The notes: generated from the sequence alone by a model not told the origin. A stretch of DNA of 64,000 bases from an uncultured Gemmataceae bacterium (GCA_963750165.1 CAVVPN010000012.1:960001-1024000), one strand, 5' to 3'; shown: positions 1 to 9,496, counted from the stretch's first letter. Numbers and translations are program-made.

Positions 1-1
1 G

Positions 2-658
2 GTGCTGGCGAACGGCCTGGCGAAGATTTATCCGCCGGAGCACAGGCAGCTGGCGCAGGAGGTCGCAGCCGCCGGGGCGCTGCTGAGCGAGGCGCCCATG
101 CAGCAATCGCCGCTGCCGGGCATGTTTCCGGCGCGCAACCGGCTCATCTCCGGGCTGTCGCGGGCGGTGGTCATTGTCGAGGCGAACGAGAAGAGCGGAG
201 CGCTGATCACCGCCGAGCACGCCGCGGAGCAGGGCCGGCCGGTGTTCGCGGTGCCGGGGCCGATCGACAGCCCCGCCAGCGCCGGCACGCACGCGCTCAT
301 CCGCACCGGGGCCGTGCTGTGCCGCGGTGTGGCCGACATTCTCGAAGAACTGGCGAACCTGCCGCCGCCAGCGCCCGAGCCGCTGACCTGGCTGCCGGGC
401 CTGCCGCCGTTGGCCGCGGTTGCCCCCGCCGCAGTGGCCGCGCCGATTCCTGCGCCGGTGCCTGCTGGGCCGCCGCCGGACCTCAGCGACGAGCAGCGGC
501 GCGTGTGGGACTTCCTGGCGGAACAGCCGCGACATGTCGATGAGATGGCGCAACAGCTGGGGCTGGGCGTGCCGCAGCTCAGCGGCGTGCTGATGATGTT
601 GGAGATGAAACGCGTGGTGCGGCGACTGGTGGGCAACCGTTACGAGCGCTGCGGCTGA
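2..658 (+). CDS. dprA: DNA-processing protein DprA, 3' part (5' end lies outside the window)
   Basis: FPARNRLISGLS, VIVEANEKSGALITA, GRPVFAVPG and a C-terminal winged helix (LMMLEMKRVV). Confidence 0.93.
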   Translation: MLANGLAKIYPPEHRQLAQEVAAAGALLSEAPMQQSPLPGMFPARNRLISGLSRAVVIVEANEKSGALITAEHAAEQGRPVFAVPGPIDSPASAGTHALIRTGAVLCRGVADILEELANLPPPAPEPLTWLPGLPPLAAVAPAAVAAPIPAPVPAGPPPDLSDEQRRVWDFLAEQPRHVDEMAQQLGLGVPQLSGVLMMLEMKRVVRRLVGNRYERCG

Positions 659-668
659 CCCCAGCTGA

Positions 669-715
669 CCCCGTTTACGTTTCGCGCAGGTAAAGTCCGC
701 GCGAAATGTAAACGG
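669..715. repeat. Palindromic repeat family C (CCCCGTTTACGTTTCGCGC...GCGCGAAAYGTAAACGG)
   Basis: Inverted arms; related copies at 9435-9482, 33555-33584 and a half copy at 51711-51729. Confidence 0.85.
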
Positions 716-737
716 AGTTCCGTGTTGGCCAGTGACA

Positions 738-1406
738 TTATAAATCCGGCCGCGGCCTGCCCGCCCCCTGCTGCTTCAGCAGCTTGACGCGCTCAAGCAA
801 CTCGGGGTCGTGCGGCGTCACCCGCAACGCCTGCTCGTACAGCGCCAGCGCTCGTTCGGGATGCTCCAGCTGCTCGTACAGCAGACCCAGCTCCGTCAGG
901 GCCATGACGTTGTGCGGGTCGAAGTGCAGCGCCCGTTGCAGCCGGCCCTTGGCCTCTTCATATTGCTGATCCAACCGCAGCCGCCAACCGTCCAGCGCGT
1001 ACGCCGACGCCAGTTCCGGCTCGCGCGCCAGCCAGTCCTCGACGAACTCCGCCGCCTTCTGGGTGCGGTCGGTCTTGCGCCACAGCAGCGCCAGCGCCTG
1101 CCGGCACGCGGCGTGCTTCGCGTTCTGGGCCAGGCACTTCTGGTAGTAGTCCTCCGCCTTGGTGCCGTCGTTCAGGCGGTCGTAACACTGGCCGACGTTG
1201 AAGAGCAGGTTGGCGTCGTTGGGATTCGCCTTGAGGGCAAACTCAAAGTCCTCGCGGGCCTCGCGGTACTGGCCGCGCTGGAACAGACTGACGCCATCCG
1301 CGGCAATGTCACGCAGGCGCTCCTGCTCCAGCGTCGGGCCGCAACCGCCCAGCGCCAGCAGTCCGGCGACGCACAGCGCCCAGTTTCGCCCGCTCCTCAT
1401 CGGCAT
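738..1406 (-). CDS. TPR-repeat lipoprotein
   Basis: Lipobox-like LALGGC, several TPR repeats, GGAGG RBS before ATG 1406; the upstream part of ORF 738..3275 is a shadow frame. Confidence 0.85.
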   Translation of the reverse strand: MPMRSGRNWALCVAGLLALGGCGPTLEQERLRDIAADGVSLFQRGQYREAREDFEFALKANPNDANLLFNVGQCYDRLNDGTKAEDYYQKCLAQNAKHAACRQALALLWRKTDRTQKAAEFVEDWLAREPELASAYALDGWRLRLDQQYEEAKGRLQRALHFDPHNVMALTELGLLYEQLEHPERALALYEQALRVTPHDPELLERVKLLKQQGAGRPRPDL

Positions 1407-1550
1407 GGTCAGTCTCCTCCCGAACACTTCCCATACCACGGTGGCGGAAAAAGGGAAGACGAACCTGGCGCGGCGACAGGCATTGACGGCCCCGGCGAAT
1501 CCGTCATAACGTAGCCCTGAGCGCCCGGCCGCAACCCGTACAGGACTGTC

Positions 1551-2687
1551 ATGGTCGATCCGGTTCGTCAGGAAGTGATCGCCCTGGCCCACACCGTCGT
1601 CGTCAAGGTCGGCACCAATGTGCTGACCGGCGCCGACGGCACGCTCAACCCGGAACGCCTGCAGGCCCTCGCCGATCAGGTGCAGCGCCTCCGCCAGACG
1701 GGCCGCAAGGTCGCCCTGGTCAGTTCCGGGGCCATCGGTGCCGGCGTCGGCCAACTCCGCCTCGGCCAGCGCCCCCGGGACCTCCGCCACCTGCAGGCCT
1801 GCGCTGCCGTCGGCCAGGGCCTGCTCATGCGCGCGTACCAGGAATACCTCGGCCGCCAGGGCGTGGACACGGCACAAATCCTGCTGACCGCCGGCGACTT
1901 CGACAGCCGTACACGCTACCTGAACGTTCGCAACACCATCCTGACGCTGTTCGAGTGGGGTGTGCTGCCGATCATCAACGAGAACGACACGGTCAGTGTT
2001 GCGGAGATCAAGTTCGGCGACAACGACCATTTGGCCGCGATGGTGTGCAACCTGCTGCAGGCGCCGCTGCTGGTGCTGCTGACCAACGTCGATGGGCTGT
2101 ACGCCAGCGACCCGGCCACCCACCCCGGCGCCGAACTGGTCGCGACGGTGCCGGAGATCGACGGCCGCGTTATGGACATGGCCGGCGGCAGCAAGAGCAT
2201 GCTCGGCACCGGTGGCATGCGCAGCAAGATCCGCGCCGCCCGGTTGGCGACCGCGGCCGGCGAGTCGGTCATCATGGCCAATGGCAGTCGTCCCGGCGTG
2301 CTCGACGAGATTTTCACGGCGGCGGCGGTGGGCACGCTGTTCCTGCCGCACGGCTCGACGGTGCCGGCGTGGAAGCGCTGGCTGGGTTTCACGGCCCAGC
2401 CGCGCGGCCGACTGGTCGTGGACGCCGGGGCCCGGCAGGCGGTGCAACATCAGGGCCGTAGCCTGCTGCCGATTGGCGTGCTGCAGGTGCTCGGCCAGTT
2501 CGACAAGGGCGACGTGGTGGCGCTGTGCGACCGCGACGGCACCGAGTTCGCCCGCGGCCTGACGAACTACCCGGCCGGCGACGCGGGCAAGATCATCGGG
2601 CTGCGCACGGAGCAAATCGGCGAATTGCTGGGCGCGGTGCCTTACGAAGAAGTGGTGCATCGTGATAATCTGGTGGTGATCGTGTGA
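1551..2687 (+). CDS. proB: Glutamate 5-kinase with PUA domain
   Basis: VVKVGT, VSSGAI, PIINENDTV, FGDNDHL, GTGGMRSK, C-terminal VVHRDNLV. Confidence 0.97.
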   Translation: MVDPVRQEVIALAHTVVVKVGTNVLTGADGTLNPERLQALADQVQRLRQTGRKVALVSSGAIGAGVGQLRLGQRPRDLRHLQACAAVGQGLLMRAYQEYLGRQGVDTAQILLTAGDFDSRTRYLNVRNTILTLFEWGVLPIINENDTVSVAEIKFGDNDHLAAMVCNLLQAPLLVLLTNVDGLYASDPATHPGAELVATVPEIDGRVMDMAGGSKSMLGTGGMRSKIRAARLATAAGESVIMANGSRPGVLDEIFTAAAVGTLFLPHGSTVPAWKRWLGFTAQPRGRLVVDAGARQAVQHQGRSLLPIGVLQVLGQFDKGDVVALCDRDGTEFARGLTNYPAGDAGKIIGLRTEQIGELLGAVPYEEVVHRDNLVVIV

Positions 2688-2886
2688 AGGCGTTGGGGAA
2701 ATGCACAACCGCTGTTGTGGCCTGGTCTCCGGACCAGGCCACGGGCTGGACCGAAGGTCTCCTCCGGGTCGAAGCAGGGGAGACCTTCGGTCGGGCCGGG
2801 TGGCACGGTCCGGAGACCGTGCCACAACGGGGTGGTGCATCGTGATAATCTGGTGGTAGCGGTGTGAAGGCGGCGGGGAAATGCAC
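2652..2886 (+). repeat. 55-bp direct duplication of the proB 3' end (2652-2706 and 2832-2886) bracketing a family B element
   Basis: About 49/55 identical; the copies read VVHRDNLVVIV* and VVHRDNLVVAV*. Confidence 0.9.
2714..2828. repeat. Palindromic repeat family B (~115 bp, multi-hairpin REP/REPIN-like)
   Basis: GTTGTGGCCTGGTCTCCGGACCAGGCCAC / GACCGAAGGTCTCC...GGAGACCTTCGGTC / ...GCCACAAC; copies at 37555 and 58092. Confidence 0.88.
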
Positions 2887-2988
2887 GGAATTGGCCCGAC
2901 AGCGTTAGGGAACGCTCGCCCACTCGTCTGTGGAGTGGGGACATCAGCCCCCCGGGCTCCGGTCCTCGGGGTGGCGGCGGATGACACC

Positions 2989-3537
2989 ATGAAAGCGCGT
3001 TCGCGATCGACGGAGCCGCAGCGGGCGGAGTTCGAGGCGCTGTACCAGCGGCACAGCCGCGAGGTCTGGGCGCTGGCGTACGCCCGTTGGCTGAACGCGG
3101 ACCTGGCCCAGGACATCATGCAGGAGGCATTTCTGCGGCTGTGGCGGCAGTGGCAGGAGGGGGGCGAGAGCATCTTGAACCCCCGGGCCTGGCTGCTCCG
3201 GGTGGCGCGCAACCTGGCGGAGGACCACGCCAAGAGCGCCTTTCGCCGCAACGGCACCCACCCGCCGCAGACCATGAACGGCGTGCGCTCGCACGAGCCG
3301 CTGCCGCTCGAAGCGCTGGAACGAGAAGAAACCTTTGCGCAGCTGCGCGGCGTTCTGGAAGAACTCGCGCAACCGGATCGGGAAATTCTGACGCTGCGCT
3401 ACGGTCTGGACTATAATGCCAATGAAATCGCCGACTTGCTCGGGATCAACGCGACCGCCGTCCACATGCGCCTCAGTCGGGCGCGGCAACGGTTGGCGGA
3501 ACGCTTGACCGCGCAGGGCGTACATTATCAACCATGA
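2989..3537 (+). CDS. ECF sigma-70 factor
   Basis: Region 2 (AQDIMQEAFLRLW, AWLLRVARN) and region 4 (EIADLLGINATAVHMRLSRAR). Confidence 0.93.
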   Translation: MKARSRSTEPQRAEFEALYQRHSREVWALAYARWLNADLAQDIMQEAFLRLWRQWQEGGESILNPRAWLLRVARNLAEDHAKSAFRRNGTHPPQTMNGVRSHEPLPLEALEREETFAQLRGVLEELAQPDREILTLRYGLDYNANEIADLLGINATAVHMRLSRARQRLAERLTAQGVHYQP

Positions 3538-4025
3538 GGTCTACGATGCCGACAGGCGCTGCGCTCCCCCGCATGCACCGCCCCGCTGATGAGCTGGACG
3601 GGCTGCTTCGCGCGTACTTCCGCGCGGAACTGCCCCACCCGTGGCCCGCTGCCCCGGGCACCGCGTCGTCGCGCCGCGGCGTGACGCCGGCCTGGCAGCG
3701 CTGGCACCGCCACCTGGCGCTGGCCGCTGCCGTGTCGTTTTTTCTGGCCGGCTCGTTCCTGTTGACGCGCGGCTTTCCCGAGGTTAAACCAGGTGCCGCC
3801 CCGACCCTGTCTCCGGGGAAAGAAATTGGCAAGCAGCTGGAGCGACCCGCCAGCATCGACCGGGAAAAGACGCGCGAGCAACTGCCGGCCCACCAGGCGG
3901 ATCCGCCCCTGCTCAAGATTCTCTCCCTAGACGAGACCCCGTCCAAGAGCGGCCGACCCATTGGGTCGTACGGTGTTGAAACCAAGGGCGGCGTGCAAGT
4001 CATCATCACTAAACAATTGCCGTGA
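3534..4025 (+). CDS. Putative single-TM anti-sigma factor
   Basis: ATGA overlap with the sigma gene; short N-terminal helix (ELDGLLRAYF) then one TM segment (LALAAAVSFFLAGSFLL). Confidence 0.65.
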   Translation: MRSTMPTGAALPRMHRPADELDGLLRAYFRAELPHPWPAAPGTASSRRGVTPAWQRWHRHLALAAAVSFFLAGSFLLTRGFPEVKPGAAPTLSPGKEIGKQLERPASIDREKTREQLPAHQADPPLLKILSLDETPSKSGRPIGSYGVETKGGVQVIITKQLP

Positions 4026-4061
4026 ACCTGGCGCCCGCCGGGCCGGCCAGGGAGTGGTCCG

Positions 4062-4757
4062 ATGAAATGGGGCGTGTTGGTCTTGACGTTGGCGTGGTCT
4101 CTGCTCGCCGTGCCGGCTCAGGGCCAGGTCAAGGTTGCGCAGCCAACCCCGGTGGATCCTGTCACGGAAATCGCCGCCCTCGGCCTGACGGTGGTGCCGG
4201 TGCCCGGGGTGCTGTACGAGCAACTCCAGTCCGCCCACCTGAAACCGGGGATGGGCGTCGTCATCGACCAGGTGTTGCCCCGGTCTGCCGCCGCACAGGT
4301 CGGCCTGAAGCGCTACGACATTCTCCTCTCCTTCCAAAAAACCCCCGTCCGCGACACGGCCCACTTCGCCCAATTGTTGCGGGCCGCGCCCCCGGATCGC
4401 AAGGCCCCCCTGTTGGTCTTGCGCGGCGGCAAGGAAGTGGCCCTGGAGGCGGGGTTGTCCACCAAACTGCTGGCGGTCGCGGACCCGACCGAACCGCCCA
4501 GGGGGCTCATCAAGCCCGACGGACCGCCAGCGGTCCACGTCGTCGCCAAGCCGCTCGAGGGTGGTAAGATGAACATCACGTTCACCTACTACTCCGAGGG
4601 CAAGGGGCGGTTGGAACGGCTGACCTGCTCCGGTTCGCTGGATCAGATTCAGGAACAGGTGCGAACCGCCAGCACGAACAAGCAAATGCCAGCCCCCGTG
4701 CGCGAACTCGTGGACGCCACCCTGAAGCGCATCCGCACACTCAATGCGCAACCCTGA
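4062..4757 (+). CDS. Exported PDZ-domain protein
   Basis: Signal peptide; PDZ motif GVVIDQVLPRSAAAQVGLKRYDILLSF...VLRGGK; no protease domain seen. Confidence 0.85.
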   Translation: MKWGVLVLTLAWSLLAVPAQGQVKVAQPTPVDPVTEIAALGLTVVPVPGVLYEQLQSAHLKPGMGVVIDQVLPRSAAAQVGLKRYDILLSFQKTPVRDTAHFAQLLRAAPPDRKAPLLVLRGGKEVALEAGLSTKLLAVADPTEPPRGLIKPDGPPAVHVVAKPLEGGKMNITFTYYSEGKGRLERLTCSGSLDQIQEQVRTASTNKQMPAPVRELVDATLKRIRTLNAQP

Positions 4758-4866
4758 AGCCGCTGCGCAGCGACGGCCCGCCTTTCTTTTTTCCCTTCCG
4801 CCTGGGTATAGTGGGGGTGTGAATGTTGGTGCGCCTTGCTTTGCCACCTTCCCATGAGTTCTGGTC

Positions 4867-5649
4867 ATGAATACGCATACCTTAACGCCCCCTCGGGCAG
4901 TCGTGTATCCCGAAGACGACGGAAACCCCTTGGCCGAGAACACCCTGCAATATGAGTACATCGCCACCACCCGAGTGGGTCTGGACGATGTGTTCGCCGA
5001 CGACCCGAACGTGTTCGTCGCGGCCGACCTGTTGTGGTATCCGGTCGAGGGCGACAACACCATCCGCCAGGCGCCAGACGTGATGGTGGCCTTCGGCCGA
5101 CCCAGGGGGTTTCGCGGCTCTTACCGCCAGTGGGAGGAGGACGGCATCGCGCCGCAGGTGGTGTTTGAGATCCTGTCGCCCAGCAACCGCGGCGGCGAAA
5201 TGGCTCGCAAGGCGTTGTTCTACCAGCGGTACGGCGTCGAGGAGTATTATGTGTACGACCCCGACGACGGCCGGTTGCAGGGTTGGGAACGGCAGGACGG
5301 CCAGTTCCGGGAGATCGCGCAGATGCAGGGCTGGGTGAGTCCGCGCCTCAAGGTGCGCTTCACCACCGTCGGGACCGACCTGCAATTGTTCATGCCGGAC
5401 GGCCGCCGCTTCGCCACCTACGAGGAACTGGTGCATCAGGGCCGGCAACTGGTGATCGCAAAGCACCAAGCCGAGCAGGAAAAACAACGCGCCGAACAGG
5501 AAAAACAACGCGCCGAACAGGAAAAACAACGCGCCGAACAGGCCGAGCAACGGGCCGAGGAGCAGAAACGCCGCGCGGAGGAGGCCCAAACTGAGCTGGA
5601 GCGACTGCGAGCGGAACTGAAGAAGCGCAACGAATCGCCACCCGGTTAG
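4867..5649 (+). CDS. Uma2 family (DUF820) endonuclease-fold protein with coiled-coil tail
   Basis: YPEDDGNPLAENT, APDVMV, VVFEILSPSN, YGVEEYYVYDP. Confidence 0.92.
   Translation: MNTHTLTPPRAVVYPEDDGNPLAENTLQYEYIATTRVGLDDVFADDPNVFVAADLLWYPVEGDNTIRQAPDVMVAFGRPRGFRGSYRQWEEDGIAPQVVFEILSPSNRGGEMARKALFYQRYGVEEYYVYDPDDGRLQGWERQDGQFREIAQMQGWVSPRLKVRFTTVGTDLQLFMPDGRRFATYEELVHQGRQLVIAKHQAEQEKQRAEQEKQRAEQEKQRAEQAEQRAEEQKRRAEEAQTELERLRAELKKRNESPPG
5473..5545 (+). repeat. 21-bp coding tandem repeat (EQEKQRA heptads)
   Basis: GAACAGGAAAAACAACGCGCC, about 3 copies. Confidence 0.9.
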
Positions 5650-5761
5650 TGCTGGACTTGGCCCACGAAAAGCCGTACAGTATCCGTAGAGAATATCATC
5701 AGACAAGTGGACGACATTCGTTTTGGAGGTTTGTTTGACAGTCGCATTGCTTGAGAAACCC

Positions 5762-6976
5762 ATGAGCGGTTTCCAACCCCTCAACCTTTCATCTTCTCTG
5801 CTGGCGGCCCTGGAGCGGGCCGCATATGTGCAACCCACCCCCATCCAGGCGGCCCTGATCCCGCACGTCCTGCAAGGGCGCGATGTCATGGGCCAGGCGC
5901 AGACCGGCACCGGCAAGACGGCGGCGTTTCTGCTACCGTTCCTGAACCAGTGGCGCAAGAGCGACGAGCACGGCCCGCAGGCCCTGGTGCTCGCCCCGAC
6001 GCGCGAACTGGTCGCCCAGGTCGCCGAAGAGGCCAAAAAACTGACGCCGAGCAAGGACTGCCGCACCCTGGCGGTGTACGGCGGCCAGGGCATGCGCCAG
6101 CAGATCGCGGCGCTGCAAAAGGGCGTCGCCATCGTCGTCGGCACTCCCGGCCGCGTCATCGACCACCTCGGCCGCGGCACGCTGACGTTCGATCAGGTGC
6201 GCTACGCCGTGCTCGACGAGGCCGACCGCATGCTGGACATCGGCTTCCGGCCGGACATCGAAAAGATTCTGCGGCGCTGCCCGAAAGCCCGGCAGACACT
6301 GCTGCTGTCGGCGACGCTACCGCCGCCGGTGCTACGGCTGGCGCAACGCTACCTCAACGACCCTGTTCACATCAACCTGTCGCCGGCCCGGGTCACGGTG
6401 GAGAACATTCGCCAGACCTACATCACGGTCGATGAGGACAGGAAGTTCGAGCTGCTGCTGAAGGTGATCGAGCGCGAGCAACCGCGGCAGTGCATTATCT
6501 TCTGCGAGCGCAAGCGCTGGGCGGACGAGGTGTACCGCGACCTGCGGCGCGCCGACAAGAAGGTGGCGGTGATGCACGGCGACCTGGAGCAGCCGGAGCG
6601 CGAGAAGATCATGAAGGGCTTCCGCGACGGCAAGGTGGTGTACCTGGTCGCCACGGATGTGGTGGGCCGCGGTATCGATGTCAGCGACATCTCGCACATC
6701 ATCAATTACGATTTGCCGCTCGACCCCGAGAACTATGTCCACCGCATCGGCCGCACCGGCCGCATGGGCAAGGACGGCATCGCCATCGCCTTCATCACGA
6801 AGGAACAGGGGCCGCAGCTGACCGCCATCGAAACGTTCATCAACCACCAGCTGGCCGAGGATCGCATCGCCGACTTCCAGGCGTACACGCCGCGGCAGCC
6901 GGCCGTCCCGGAGGCGCCGAAGACCGCGGCGCCCGTCTTCGGCCGTCGTGTCAAGCGCTACAGCAATCGGCTCTGA
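5762..6976 (+). CDS. DEAD-box RNA helicase
   Basis: Q motif PTPIQ, AQTGTGKT, PTREL, DEAD, SAT, HRIGRTGR. Confidence 0.96.
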   Translation: MSGFQPLNLSSSLLAALERAAYVQPTPIQAALIPHVLQGRDVMGQAQTGTGKTAAFLLPFLNQWRKSDEHGPQALVLAPTRELVAQVAEEAKKLTPSKDCRTLAVYGGQGMRQQIAALQKGVAIVVGTPGRVIDHLGRGTLTFDQVRYAVLDEADRMLDIGFRPDIEKILRRCPKARQTLLLSATLPPPVLRLAQRYLNDPVHINLSPARVTVENIRQTYITVDEDRKFELLLKVIEREQPRQCIIFCERKRWADEVYRDLRRADKKVAVMHGDLEQPEREKIMKGFRDGKVVYLVATDVVGRGIDVSDISHIINYDLPLDPENYVHRIGRTGRMGKDGIAIAFITKEQGPQLTAIETFINHQLAEDRIADFQAYTPRQPAVPEAPKTAAPVFGRRVKRYSNRL

Positions 6977-7071
6977 GCGCCGTCCGGGCCCCATTCAACC
7001 TCATTGATGGTTTCGCGCTCATCCGCGCGAAACCATAGATGAAACAACTCCCCCCCGAAAATGGCTCCGCC

Positions 7072-7107
7072 CTGGTGTAAGGATTCGCCTGCCCCCGGCG
7101 ACTCACG
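7072..7107 (+). promoter_or_regulatory. Putative ECF sigma promoter, copy 1 (CTGGTGTAAGGA-N15-CGACTCACG)
   Basis: Identical bipartite motif and spacing recur at 7998-8033. Confidence 0.75.
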
Positions 7108-7157
7108 ACCTGGCAGAGACCCTTCATCGCCCGGCACACCAGGGGGAGGCGACCACG

Positions 7158-7754
7158 ATGGCCAGGCAAGTACCCGGCGAGGACCGCCAAGTGGGCCGCG
7201 AGCTGCCGCCGCCCGGCGAGTGGGTGGGGCGGTATGGCGACGCCCTGTATCGCTACGCCGTGTCGCGGCTGCGGCGACCGCCGGAAGCGGAGGAGGCCGT
7301 GCAGGAAACGTTCCTGGCGGCGCTGCAGGTCCGAGCACGCTTCGCGGGCCAAGCGGAGCCGTTGACCTGGCTGCTGGGCATTCTGCGGCATAAAATCGCT
7401 GATCGGCTGCGGGCGGCGGCGCGGCACGGCAACCGCGCCGATGTGGACGACCTGGACACCTGGTTCGATGCCAGTGGCCATTGGCGGCGGCCGACGGTGC
7501 GCTGGACGGACCCGGCGGAACTGGTCGAGCGGCAGGACTTCTGGCGCGTGGTGCGCGGCTGCCTGGCGAAACTGCCGGCGGCCATGGCCGAGGCGTTCGT
7601 ACTTCGCACCCTGGACGACTGCGCCGCTGCGGAGGTCTGCCGGACCTTGACCATCACGCCGGCCAACCTCTGGGTGCTGCTGCACCGCGCCCGGTTGCGA
7701 CTGCTGCGCTGCCTGCAAATCAACTGGTTCAACGCCGAGGAAAAACCGTGCTGA
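7158..7754 (+). CDS. ECF sigma-70 factor
   Basis: AEEAVQETFLAAL, TWLLGILRHKIAD, NLWVLLHRARLRL. Confidence 0.92.
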   Translation: MARQVPGEDRQVGRELPPPGEWVGRYGDALYRYAVSRLRRPPEAEEAVQETFLAALQVRARFAGQAEPLTWLLGILRHKIADRLRAAARHGNRADVDDLDTWFDASGHWRRPTVRWTDPAELVERQDFWRVVRGCLAKLPAAMAEAFVLRTLDDCAAAEVCRTLTITPANLWVLLHRARLRLLRCLQINWFNAEEKPC

Positions 7755-7984
7755 GCTGTCGCCGCATGACGCAGGTGATTTCCGACGGACTGGACCGCCG
7801 GCTGTCCTGGCTGGAGCGGCTGGGACTGGCGATTCACCTGCTGGGGTGCTCGCCCTGCTGCCGTTTCCGCCAGGCCGTCCGCTGGCTGCACCGTTCGTTG
7901 GCGCAGGCGCCGTCCGAGGAGCAGCTGTCGCCCGAGGCGCGCGACCGCATCCGCCGCGCCTTGGAGGAGGCCGCCGGGGAGTAA
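7748..7984 (+). CDS. zf-HC2 (ZAS) soluble anti-sigma factor
   Basis: GTG start overlapping the sigma stop; LSCRRMTQVISDGLD...HLLGCSPC (HxxxCxxC). Confidence 0.88.
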   Translation: MLSCRRMTQVISDGLDRRLSWLERLGLAIHLLGCSPCCRFRQAVRWLHRSLAQAPSEEQLSPEARDRIRRALEEAAGE

Positions 7985-7997
7985 TTTTTTCGCGCCG

Positions 7998-8033
7998 CTG
8001 GTGTAAGGAACCCGGCGTCCGCGACGACTCACG
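7998..8033 (+). promoter_or_regulatory. Putative ECF sigma promoter, copy 2
   Basis: Same motif and 15-nt spacer as 7072-7107. Confidence 0.75.
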
Positions 8034-8098
8034 GGCGATGAAGGGGAAGCCATCTCGGCCGGCTCCCCGCGACGACATCTCGCCTGTGAGGATGAACC

Positions 8099-9409
8099 AT
8101 GTTGAACTGGATCTGGACCCGCCGCCCGTTGCCGTGCCGCGCCGCCCGCCCGAAAAGTCTGCACCTGGAGGCCCTGGAGGACCGCATGGTCCCGTCGGCC
8201 GTCACCGTCTACACCGAGACGAACAACCCCGCCGCGGGCCAGAACGCCGTGCTGGCCTACCGCAGCAACCCGGTGACCGGCAACCTGACGCTGATCGGCA
8301 GCTTCTCGACCGGCGGCACCGGCGAACTGAACCTGCCCAAGGTGGTCGGTCCTGACGACGGCGACCACCAGGTCGTCGCCAGCCGGGACGGCCGCTTCCT
8401 GTACGCGGTGAACGAGGGCAGCAACTCGATCACGGCGTTCCGCATCGACCCCAACGGCCGCCTGGACCGCATTGGCACGGTGGACTCGGGCGGCATCGAA
8501 CCGGACGGCCTGAGCGTGGCGGGCAACCAGGTCTACGTGGCCAACCGCGGCGACGCGACACAGACGCAGCCGGGCACCGTGGCCCCGAACGTCACCGGCT
8601 TCAACGTCGGCCGCGACGGCCGCCTGTCGCTGATCGCCGGCTCGACGGTGTCGTTCCCGGTGGGCACCTTCGCCACGCAGGTGCTGGTGACGGCGAACGA
8701 CCGGCTGCTGTTCGTGCAGCTGGCATCGCTGAGCGGGGCGCCCGAGGGCAACACGGTGCAGCCGTTCCAGATTCAGGGCGACGGCACCCTGGTGGCGTCG
8801 CCGGGCGGCGGCGTGGGCCAGCCGATCAACCCGTCGGTGCAACTGGGCCTGGCGTTCAACCCGCACCTGAACATCATCTACGCGGGCCTGACCGGCAATG
8901 GCCAGGTGGGCGTCTACACCTACGACGAGACGGGGCGGATTTCGTTCGTCAGCGCCGCGTCAGACCAGGGGTCGGCGCCGTGCTGGATCACGGTCAGCGG
9001 CGACGGCCGCACGCTGTACGCCTCCAACACCGGGACGGACTCGGTCGGCGTTTATTCGCTGGCGAACCCGCTGCAGCCGGTCGAGATCCAGGAATTTTCG
9101 CTGGGCGGCCCGCACGGCCCGGCGGGCGGCCCCACCCAGACCGCCGACTTCGAACTCGCGCTGAGCCCGAACGGCCGCACGCTGTACGTGATCGGCCAGA
9201 ACACCAGCCCGACCGCCTCGTTCCCGCAGGGCAACCAGCTGCACATCCTGTCGGTGGCCCGCGACGGCACCCTGAGCGAGCCGGCGGGCCCGATCATCTT
9301 CCCGACGTCGCTGGTGCCGGCGGACGCTCACCCGCAGGGCCTGGCAGTGGTCGGCGGCACGACGAACGGGCACGGTTTCTTCGATTGGGATTTTGACGAC
9401 CGTGATTAA
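8099..9409 (+). CDS. Lactonase-family beta-propeller protein with LEPR-XLL-type N-terminus
   Basis: LHLEALEDRMVPS; repeated S-x-DGR-x-LY blades; APCWITVS. Confidence 0.82.
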   Translation: MLNWIWTRRPLPCRAARPKSLHLEALEDRMVPSAVTVYTETNNPAAGQNAVLAYRSNPVTGNLTLIGSFSTGGTGELNLPKVVGPDDGDHQVVASRDGRFLYAVNEGSNSITAFRIDPNGRLDRIGTVDSGGIEPDGLSVAGNQVYVANRGDATQTQPGTVAPNVTGFNVGRDGRLSLIAGSTVSFPVGTFATQVLVTANDRLLFVQLASLSGAPEGNTVQPFQIQGDGTLVASPGGGVGQPINPSVQLGLAFNPHLNIIYAGLTGNGQVGVYTYDETGRISFVSAASDQGSAPCWITVSGDGRTLYASNTGTDSVGVYSLANPLQPVEIQEFSLGGPHGPAGGPTQTADFELALSPNGRTLYVIGQNTSPTASFPQGNQLHILSVARDGTLSEPAGPIIFPTSLVPADAHPQGLAVVGGTTNGHGFFDWDFDDRD

Positions 9410-9434
9410 GGTTGAGGTGCCGGTGCCTTGATGA

Positions 9435-9482
9435 CCCCGTTTACGTTTCGCGCGGATTGAAGTGCACGCGAAACGTAAACGG
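9435..9482. repeat. Palindromic repeat family C between convergent genes
   Basis: CCCCGTTTACGTTTCGCG...CGCGAAACGTAAACGG. Confidence 0.85.
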
Positions 9483-9496
9483 CGTTCTCTTTCTTC

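Noticed and set aside
1407..3275. N-terminal ~620 aa of ORF 738..3275
   Set aside because: Antisense shadow of proB and the sigma gene; the real gene starts at about 1406
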